Assembly: GCA_051362555.1 (NCBI GenBank)
Contig: CM120640.1
Location: 22,864,225-22,928,224 of the forward strand
Reading direction: 5' to 3'
Origin: Lingula anatina
Taxonomy: Eukaryota > Animalia > Brachiopoda
DNA length: 64,000 nt
Each line of letters begins with the position of its first letter. Within the stretch, counting starts at the first letter, position 1. Below are positions 28,801-38,520 of this stretch, piece after piece. Both the position numbers and the translations under genes were made by a program. The notes beneath the pieces were generated by a model. The model made no database searches, was not told where the DNA came from, and saw only the letters and a program-made list of their open reading frames with translations.

Positions 28801-31800
28801 TTTCCATAGACACCATTCACCATTATTTACCTCAAGAAGTCATCATCCGTCTGTTTCTTTCCTACATGAGCCAATGGCTTTTTGTTTATACTAGAACTAA
28901 AGTCCATGTCATCCCAGTCATCCCAGCTGTCATGACCAGCACCCCAGCGCTTCCGTGATGTACCACTCTTTTTAGTTGTAGTAAATTCCTGCAAAATAAT
29001 AAATAAAATAAAATAAAATAAAATAAAATAAAATAAAATAAAATAAAAACATGCTCAATGGGAAAACACCAAAAACTTATTTGACTTCAACACTTCAGAA
29101 AACACAAGTAAAATAATTTTTGGAAATGTTCCATTATTTGTAATAATTTTTTTAAGCATAATACAAAATGCATACATCTTCACATCATGAATACATTTAG
29201 GTGCATTGGTCAAAACAAATGTAAAAACAAACTTACATTTGTTGTCTGTTTCTGTGCTTGGTTAGGTATGGCAGGTAACACATTCTGTTTCTGCTCTTGT
29301 AAAGGCCTGTGCACTTGCTGGGGGGCCTGATGAGAAGACACAGTGTTCCTCTGTTGCGGTGTTTGTGTTGTATTAACTCCAAGATTCTGACCAACTTGGA
29401 AATAAGGATACCGAAGTGCCTGACTTGCTGTTGGCCGTTTCTTAGGGTCCCAGAGCAAGAGATCTCTCATGAGACTGATAGCGTCATTGCTAGCATTTGG
29501 GATAAGTGTCTTAAGATTGGTGGGAACACATTGTGGCCACCTGAAGTTCATGGCTGCTGCTAATTGATGTCCCTCTGGCCAGTCCATCTGAATGAATCAC
29601 AGACAAAAAATTCATTAACAACTATAAAAATTGAATCTCATTAAGTATGATAAATGGTAATTATTAACATACATTAGAAAAGATTTATAAAAATTGATGA
29701 ATGACAACTTACAAATCAGGCAAAAAAACAACAGATATGAATTAGTTTGAAATCAAACTTTTTTGACATCTAAGGAATAATTACAATTTCAGGTTAACAC
29801 AAACCTTTGTTGGCGTGCCTAGGACAGAGCAGATTTTAAAAATCTCGTCAATTTCACTACTTCCAGGAAAAAGAGGGCGTAACGTGTACAGTTCCGCCAT
29901 GATACACCCAACTGCCCACATGTCAATAGGGGAGCTGTAATTGGTGGACCTGAGAAGGACTTCTGGGGCACGATACCTGACAGAAAAAAATATTTTCAAT
30001 TTGAATATTTGAACCATATTTTGGTGAATTTTTTTTAGCATGTACAGTGATAACTTATATTTCAGTTCTCTTTAGGTAAGGAAATCTTGAAACACTTTGC
30101 CAAAGTGTGCCATATGCTTAATGACATATGTTAATATAACTGTAACCAGAAAACAAATCATTACAACTATTACAATATTGGTAGTACATAAATACCATAA
30201 AAATAAAAGAAAAATGTTTCATTTGCATACCAATTTTTTTCAAACTCCAACTATTATATCAAGCAAGATTCTCAAAATCTGAATGACAATATGAAACAAC
30301 AGCAAATACACAAGGTGCTAGGTTACAAAACCAAGCTGCTGCGGCGCCATGGCTACAACCAAGCATTTTTTCCTGATAAGGTCAGTTCAGTTTCTTGTAT
30401 TATATATCACCACCCCAACACCTACAGTAAGTGCTTAGTATTAAAAATCAATAAATATAAATCATAGCTTGCACCATATACAAATATTAGTATTGTTAGC
30501 AAAAAAAAAAAAGAAAAACTAACCATCGTGTAGAAACATAATCTGTGTAGGGAGGTCTGGAGCGGATTTCTCTGGCCAAGCCCAAATCCGCAATTTTTAC
30601 CAGTTCAGGCCCCGTGCATAGGAGGTTTTCAGGTTTCATATCTCGGTGGAAATAACCTGGACAGTTATAAAGCAAGGATTATAAGGTGCACCATGCACAC
30701 AAATTGCAACCCACCACATGAACCCATGTGTGCCACCGAGTGTTGTTGGGAGCATGTCTCAGCATTAGTTACGACCACTTTTTGTTTACAGTAAACAAGG
30801 ATGGTAGCCATGGCAATTGAAATCAGCAAAAAAATTCATTGAGTATGATCACACAATGAAACCATCTGGGACTTTCAGTAATTACTGTAATTGATTTGCT
30901 GTGGTCATATCATAGACATGCAACCAACTTAATCCGGTTTTTAATTCATTATCTGTAAAGCGAAGCAGTCTCTCATGCTCACAATAATTTCCACAAAAAC
31001 CAAAAAGATGTATGCTGGCTGATTGCCAAAGCCTTGGGGATGGTTAATTATTTTCATTCCCTGGGGACTCACAGTGTGCATGTGAAACCATTTCCCTTTA
31101 CTGTGCAACACACACTATGCATTAGCCCATGCCACACACTGAATACAAAGACATCATTTTTACCATCTAGTGGACACATAGTCAGTGTAAGGTGGCCGTG
31201 ACCGTGTCTCTCTGGCCAAGCCAAAGTCTGCTATTTTAACTAAATCTAGGTCTGAGGTCAGAATGTTCTCTGGCTTTAAATCTCTGTGGAAAAAGCCTGT
31301 TAAAAAGAGCAACATTTAACAGATTTATGCTACTTCAATATTTATTCATAATAGACTGGAAAAGACTGTTTGTCGTACTCAATTTTCTCAATAAGCTTAC
31401 CTTGAAAAAGTAGAAAAATGAAAAAAGGAAAATAAATGAATCGAAGAAAGACAGGCAGAAACAAAGAAATATCTTACCATGTTTATGCATAAAAGCAAGC
31501 CCCTGCATCACCTGATATGTAATGTTTCTAATAGCAGATTCAGGAAAGAGTTTGTCTCTGAAAAAGTAAAAGAAAAATGTTACTATTAAGATTTCAAAGG
31601 TCATAAGTCAAAAAAAAAATCAAGAGAAAAAAGCTGGATGGGTATCACTGATCATTCCAGTAAAAACAAATAAGCCAAAACTGGGAAGTTCACAGAAAAT
31701 AGGTATATCATACAGTGTTAATAAAAAAACAACACATCATGTAAAATCATTTACTTGAATCATATATCCAGCTGACATTTAGCAGAATACTAAGTGTCTC

Positions 31801-34423
31801 AGATAGCAATGTATGATTTATCTTTAATAATACTGAAGTTAATTTTTTGCACACTTATTGCAGTTGTCTTGCTAACAGGGAAGGACTGAAATTGACAGAT
31901 ATAACTTAAAAATTCAACAAGTGTGTGTTCAATCCACCAAAACATTAAACAAAAGATTGTCTTCATATATCACTCATACTGTTGTAACTGTTATTGTGAG
32001 TTTTGGATACATGTAAATAACCAGACAGGTATCAATATGTATGAGCAAGCATCCAGCACCCTTTTGCCTACCGTCTCCCCTGACACTGACAACACTAATA
32101 CAATTTCCAATTGAGCAGATATTGATTTGCCAGACTGTGTGCATGGGTGTGTGTCACATACAGGTTAATGTGCTGCAAATCCAGCCGATCAATGCAGTGA
32201 GTGATGTTGCTGTCCGATATTAAAACACTTTGATTGAAGTAGTTGGTGGAAAAAAACAATTCCCAATGGTGTTGAAGGTGCCAGGCAACTAAGAATAATG
32301 TATTTTACTCTTTATCAAATTACCTTTTGTTTCTTTTAAAACGGGTTGTTTTATAACTGACCTACTTGTTATTATAAAGGGATATATTTTCAATGGAGTT
32401 TATGATCAATATTTCTCGAATGTTTGATTTTGTTATACTTTGAACAAAGATCTTTTTTGCGACAGCACAAATAAGCTGAATAATCAATAAAAAGTCATGT
32501 TATAAACTGACTGTTCAAAATGAAACATAATAACATATATTGCTTTCTAATACCAATACCAGTGCATCATTACAGTTTGCAATACACTATTCTTAATATA
32601 TTCTCACCTCGATTTCATCATGTCATATAAATTCTCCTTCATGAATTCAAAAACAAAAAACAGTTGATCATTTTCTCTGATTACTTCTTTCAACTTGACT
32701 ATATTGGCATGGTTCAACTTTCGTAAGGACTGAAAGAACAAAAAAAATTACTGCATAAAACATGCTATCAATATGTCAAAATATCAAAACACATTTAGTG
32801 TAAATAAATTTTTCAATAATATTTTTACACACACACACACACACACACCAACTACCTTATGGATTTTTTCATGTATTTCATTAATGATAAATATATAAAT
32901 TGATTCAAGTGCTTTTGAAAAAAAATTAACAAAGTGGTAAATTAAGTAATCATGCTAAACCTACAATTAAGTGGGTTCACCAGCTTTAAGGAATTAAAAT
33001 TAAACAAGCACTGAAGCAGTGACACAAAGTAAGGTCAGACTGGGCATGATAAAGTGAATTTTGATAGTTTGCCACCCATTAATTCCCTGGGTACCATGTC
33101 AACACTGTTAACTAAGGACAAAATGGTCACCATTCATGCCGACTTCTATCTGTTTGCCAATGGTATTAGGTTTTGTGTTTCTATGTACCTATGGGTAGAC
33201 TGAATAACCTACATTTTGCCTTCAGCATACCTATGATGCACAATTGGCTATACAACTCTGTCTAAAAAACTGTCAACCATCAAAGGAGCATCTTGTTGTT
33301 GTGTGAGCCAAGGACAAGGATTATACCATTATTTCATTATAATATCATCAAGAGAAATGTCTAATATCTAGTCTTTTAATCTTATCCATAAGTGCTTCAG
33401 TAGATCTCCTAATCCGTCTGACGTAAAAAAAAAAAAAACGAATTGGCAAATAAATTCACAATGATTCATACTGTGCACAAATACTTTACATAAAAAGCAT
33501 AATAAATTCTAAAATTGGAAATTAAAAAAAAAAAAAATTATCTCACAGCAAAAGAAGAAAATTAATCAGCTGTAAACCCTGTCTCCATAACAAACACCAC
33601 TCAAGGTATCCAAGAATCAATCTATATTAATCCTCAAGTTACACCTGGTAATTATGAAAATAGCTTCAGGTAAATCACCATATCTCTGGCTCCAATGCAG
33701 CTAATCATGATGTATTATCCCGTGGAAAAATCCATTTTCTCATCAAAGCCACAGAATGCTTGAATGCTCTTTTTCAAAAATACTTACAAACGTATAAGAT
33801 GGGTTCAAAAAAAAAAAAAAAAAAAGAGTACACACAAACATGATGACATATAGGGAAAAACCAACACAGTGATAACTTTATAAAAAAGAAAATCTTTCAA
33901 TTTTATCACTTACCTTGACCTCCCTTAGATTTAAGCATTCGTCCCACGAGTAGTACTTTTTCTTCATTCTGAATTTATATAAAAAAGGATTGTACAGGAT
34001 TAACAAAATCTATAGTGCTTCAAATACTTGATATAGAGAATAAGATAACATCAGTCACCAATTTCACCATTATAGATTAAAAGCAAAATAATAATTTTAT
34101 TCTATGTAGCTTTTCCTACAACAAACTGGCTTATATCAGTTCTTACTGGTGTAACGATATTTCAAATAAAAAACCAAAAACCAAAAATGAAAAGGTATAA
34201 ATACAGTTTAAATTAAGAAGGAGTTAATGAATTTGTAAAATTAATACTTAACGTCAGTTAACTCTACTAACAAAATAAAAAATCTGAAAGGACAAATGAG
34301 AGGTAATTAGCACAGCACTTACTTTTTAATAGCCACTTTTTCCCCTGACTCTGCTGCAGTGGCCAGTAATACACTGCCATATGTCCCATCTCCAAGCTGT
34401 TTTGAAATATTGTAACGATTCAT
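25861..34423 (-). CDS. MAK: MAK/ICK (CILK1, RCK family) serine/threonine kinase with duplicated activation-segment exon
   Basis: Exons 34423-34323 ([23 protein letters not shown]), 33968-33914, 32729-32608, 31557-31478, [31296-31164 OR 30656-30524], 29976-29805 ([16 protein letters not shown]), 29587-29237, 28988-28831, 28491-28373, 28140-28045, 27683-27621, 27331-27208 (..GRTDWAA), 25873-25861 (KYLK*). The TDY activation motif, KQHYL..RYLPG and C-terminal GRTDW.AKY are hallmarks of MAK/ICK. All phases are compatible. Confidence 0.95.
26686..26699 (-). other. Candidate 14-nt cassette microexon in the last coding intron of MAK/ICK
   Basis: tgtgtgttgtcttctctccag|CAGTCAGGATGAAG|gtaagc: pyrimidine tract, CAG acceptor (NAGNAG) and near-consensus donor. 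Confidence 0.45.
29001..29048. repeat. (AAAAT)n repeat forming the pyrimidine tract of a MAK acceptor
   Basis: Direct inspection; lies just upstream (on the minus strand) of the acceptor at 28989-28991. Confidence 0.85.
30524..30656 (-). CDS. MAK: MAK/ICK alternative exon B (HRD-DLG-TDY), 133 nt
   Basis: tccag|GTTATTTCCAC...CGATG|gttagt; encodes [45 protein letters not shown]; phase 1 in, phase 2 out. Confidence 0.88.
31164..31296 (-). CDS. MAK: MAK/ICK alternative exon A (HRD-DFG-TDY), 133 nt
   Basis: aacag|GCTTTTTCCAC...AGATG|gtaaaa; encodes [45 protein letters not shown]; phase 1 in, phase 2 out. Confidence 0.88.
32826..32848. repeat. (CA)n microsatellite
   Basis: Direct inspection. Confidence 0.9.
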
Positions 34424-35721
34424 TGTGAGGAATAGTTAGTGTTTCCCACTAATATTTTTTAAAAAAATTCTTTCTCTCTCTGTTTATATAGATATATTTC
34501 CAAATTTCTCCAGTATTTCATATAAAATTATGTGTCTTCTTCTTTTTCTGTTTTGCTATAATTGTGCCTGTCAATTGCACAATGTCCAGTATATATTTTT
34601 CTTTGAAATCAAATATGTTTTTGATTTTCCTTCCATGCTTATAGCTATACAGTCCCTTCAACTTTAAGATGACCCATGGACACCCTGAAAGGATAAATAA
34701 AAATACTTCATCAAATCTATTACTATCTATAGGGTATAGGTTACAGTACCCATACTGAAAGCGGTCAAATAAGTTAAAATACTTGAACTAAAGCTGCTAA
34801 ATACTTCTACATACACTATAATATCATAAGGACCCACCCCCACCCCCAATATGTATGAAAAAAAGACAAAATATTCACTAAAATAAGGGCCAAAATAACA
34901 AGCAAAGATATACCGAAATATATAAAAATCCACAGATTCAACGTTTGCATGCTATGTTTACCCTCCATGATGTACTGGTAGCATATGTCAAGAGAAATTG
35001 TGTCATGTGACTACAAATGCCCATTATGGACAGACTATTCATATATGTGATTTATATATGTTAAAATATTAAAAATATAACTCTTCTGTTATAAATATAA
35101 CGTATCCTTTATTCCTAAAGAAAACATGGATATTATATATTTTTTTCAATCAGATGACAACTGACATCAGAGAATTTAAACAAACTAAAACAATTGGGTT
35201 CTATAAGTCAAAATCTTAATATTCTTTCACAGAGGCAGCAAGTTACAGAGTTAGGTAGAGTCAGACAAGTCCTATTTGAACGGTACACCCAGACCATATT
35301 ACTACGTTAGACATGTACATACTAGTAATATAATTATACATGTACCACACAGAGTGCGTGCAAAAACTATACAGCCTAATAAAAAAAAAAAAAACACAAT
35401 TTTCACAATTCGACACACGGTAATAAATTAACCCTGCAAACACATTATTCAGCGCTTGACATCGATGTTTCAACTTTCAAAACATTTAACCGAGCCTGGC
35501 AACTAGTTGTTTCTTGTCTTCCTACGTTAGTTTGTGACCCAAACCGTGTGTAGAGTAATTTCAACATTTTTCAAGTATATTCTATCACAATTCCACAATA
35601 AAGCCCTCACAATCTACCTTTTCCATGCTGCCATACTGTTTAATAACCTTTCCAAGTCCAAACAACACTTCTCTATCCCTTAAAATAGTAATAAAACACA
35701 TTTTATTGGAAGGGTATCAAT

Positions 35722-35830
35722 CTTACCTTCTCGAATCCATGGACTCCATGTTGTTTATAACTATTTGCTTCATTTGCATATTGGATACTAAGGCTGTAAT
35801 TTAAAAACAGTCCGAAAGATGGCGCGTATA
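35722..35830 (-). promoter_or_regulatory. Probable MAK/ICK first (leader) exon and promoter
   Basis: Minus-strand donor AAG|GTAAGA at 35727/35726 can join the acceptor tttcag| at 34685/34684. Octamer ATTTGCAT at 35772-35779 and YY1 consensus AAGATGGCG at 35816-35824; CpG-enriched. Confidence 0.5.
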
Positions 35831-37260
35831 CCAAAGAACACTCCACACAGTCTCGTCAAAATTGTTATATCCAGGCTGTTGTAAGCTTAGTAAACATGTA
35901 AGTGAACAAATAAATAGACCATATTTTTTATTTTTAATTCAGCACAAGGATAGGGACTTATGCCAGGAAAAGCCAGATAATCACACTCATTCTCAATATA
36001 TAGGTCCATTTGAAGAAAAACAGAAAAGTGAAAAATACCGTAGGTATTTGCGATTTCTACTTTTTGTGAATCTCGATCTGCTCACAGAAAATGCTAAATC
36101 TAGCTTTTTTTGTAAATCATGGGAAAATTTAAAATTCATACCTTAGTAGTATAGAAATAATTCTTAATTAGTGAGGAAAAGTCAGTATTTTAGCAACGAA
36201 TATTATTTTAATTTGCACGAAGTTAATTATACATTTACTAACAAAAGTTTAATTGCGCTAAAGGGGTATTACGAGATGTGCGTTAATTTTAGCGACACAT
36301 TTGTCCTTAACCTCAAGAATATATTTTCACAATGCCCAGTAAGGAAGTTTTGGAAATTACTTTTTAAGAGAATACAGATTTGCCGTGTTTCGTGTAAAAC
36401 ATTTAGCATCTAGCTAATCTTGGATTTAACTTAATTGAAGATTTTATTAATGGCTAAAATATGACAAAAACTGCAAACAACTAAAAAAGGTGACCTGCAC
36501 TAAAAAACGCAACGAAGGTTTTTTCATTTTTTAAGGTACCCGGTGACACCGCAAAAGTTGCCACAAGCTACTTTTTTTATGCGAGAACGAATAAATCTAG
36601 TAATTATTTTTAATTTTTTTCTTCATTTGCTGGACTGATGTCAGTAAAATTCCACTGGGAAAAACAAGTCTTCCGTTCTCTTACTTTACATAAAACAAAA
36701 AAGTTAAATGGACCTATATATTGAAAATGAGTGTTATAACGTTAACGTTTCATGTATAATTAGCCCGATGAACATGCCGTTTCAAGCATCCTCTGAACCC
36801 AGGGTGAGTCTTTTCGGTTTCTTTTTTCATAACCTGCATCAAAACGACTTCATCGGCTCTCTTGGGTCCTTGTCATATTCATGGAAGCCTACTGGCCACC
36901 GGCTGGCAACCGCAAACGACAGGGTTTCAAAGACCAACTCATCGAACGCACTTGAAAAAAGGCCGAACGAAACGGAACATTGCAATGACGATTTGCAAAT
37001 TAAAAAGAGTTTCATAGTTAGCTTAGTTGTTGCGGATCCCACACATATTAAGTTTTATGTTTATTCATATTAAGGTTTATGCGCCACAATATTACTGGAG
37101 TTTGTCATTTAAAACACGTATGAACGGGTGCAGGCCCGATTTATGGCAAATACTCTGAAATATGAAAGAGGGGGGGGGGGGGGGGGGCTGAAACTTACCG
37201 AACTCAGCTCAAATTTATTTTTAAAATACGTGTAGGCTACTACCACATCAATTGTTATAT

Positions 37261-37309
<49 letters not shown>

Positions 37310-37547
37310 AAATAGGTTTTAAAATAAATATTTTCTGTACAAACGCAAAAAAATTGGTTTTTAAGTTTTTGTTGGATTTTTTATTTCTATTTTTCTTCTG
37401 TTGTTTATATCCCCAAAGTATGCTACATCTTTTAAAGCGTCTAAAAATTAATACCTTTGTACAGGTATTTTTTAGCGCGAATTAAAAAATAAACGTGAAC
37501 CAACCAAAGGGAATAACGTTCGCTGATTGCCATTTTTTTACCACAAA

Positions 37548-37668
37548 AGCCAACCAAATGCCAACATATGGGTCCAAATAGTACAACTAAGAGAATAAAC
37601 AAAAAGACATTGTTTAAAATTACCCGAAAAAAAGATATTTAGAATAATTTTTCTGCTAGCTTTCTGAT
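37548..37668 (+). repeat. Dispersed repeat fragment, copy 3 of 3
   Basis: CCAACCAAATGCCAACATATGGGTCCAAATAG..GACATTGTT..ATTTTTCTGCT, similar to the copies at 5870 and 13912. Confidence 0.65.
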
Positions 37669-37911
37669 TAATGGCGCAGAAAAGTGGTCACATAAGTAGG
37701 TTAAAATTCTAACCAAAAATTTAAGGAAAGGAGCAGTCTAAAGCTTTTTTATGGCTGGTGGAGTGTTTTTTTTTCAGTTTATCCCTTGGCACGTCGAATT
37801 TATTTGAATCGTATGAGAAACTAGTTGAAGTGGTTTATATGTGTTACTGGAAATCCACGCTCCGCCGACGCCCGGTTATTATGTACCTTTGGTGAAGCAA
37901 TGGTTAGAAAG

Positions 37912-38034
37912 TACCCTCTACCAGGGCGACTGATAGATTTTAACAGATATTCACAGATATGTCTCTAGCTAGATAGATTGTCATTTTGGGCTGAAGTCAT
38001 GACAAAAATCTATCAGTCGCCCTGGTAGAGGGTA
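37912..38034. mobile_element. 123-bp MITE with perfect 30-bp TIRs and 9-bp TSD (Mutator-like signature)
   Basis: TIR TACCCTCTACCAGGGCGACTGATAGATTTT at 37912-37941 and its exact reverse complement at 38005-38034. Flanking direct repeat GTTAGAAAG at 37903-37911 and 38035-38043. Confidence 0.9.
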
Positions 38035-38089
38035 GTTAGAAAGTACGAAAACTTTACTCGTGACAGTACTTCTGGAAAGATTTATTTAT

Positions 38090-38090
<1 letters not shown>

Positions 38091-38129
<39 letters not shown>
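38091..38129. repeat. (TATC)n microsatellite
   Basis: Direct inspection; flanked by (TTTA)n and poly-T/poly-G tracts. Confidence 0.9.
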
Positions 38130-38249
38130 TTTTTATTTGTTTATTTATTTATTTATTTTTTTTTTTGGGGGGGGGGGGGGTCAAAATGATAAGTAAAATA
38201 TGTAAATGCATAATTGACTCTGATCACTCTAAGAAAACGCTCCTCTTGA

Positions 38250-38440
38250 AACACGCCGTCTATTGGTTGTTTTTAGCCAAGGCGGATAACCCGGATGTTC
38301 ACCCTAGTTCATAACAAATAATTTTATGTTGCTAAACATCCTAATATAAATGTACATATGTTAGTATATATTGTAAAATTTACATATATTCACTATAAAA
38401 ATTAAATTTTATATAAGAATCCAACACATTGATTGGCAGT
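38250..38440 (+). promoter_or_regulatory. Probable Rab10 proximal promoter
   Basis: Inverted CCAAT boxes (ATTGG ~38262 and ~38432) and ETS-like CCGGATGT (38291-38298) within ~270 bp of the Rab10 ATG. Confidence 0.35.
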
Positions 38441-38520
38441 TTGGTCAAAGTAAAAACTGCCCATCCCATCATATAGGTACAAGGTGTGAGAGGCCATGAT
38501 AGTTGGAATGAAAATTTGAA

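Noticed and set aside
32062-32090. Possible microexon cag|GGGAGACG|gtaggc in a MAK intron
   Set aside because: Weak pyrimidine tract, all candidate lengths (8, 14, 23 nt) break the frame, and there is no supporting evidence.
33660-33760. Minus-strand sequence reading NGFFHG, resembling a third copy of the GFFHRD exon
   Set aside because: Similarity is limited to a few codons, with frameshifts and stops, no suitable splice sites and the wrong position in the gene; most likely chance.
35862-37900. CpG-richer intergenic stretch with short ORFs between the MAK and Rab10 promoters (possible gene or transposon)
   Set aside because: No recognisable domain, TIR pair or consistent exon chain; likely a mosaic of decayed repeats.
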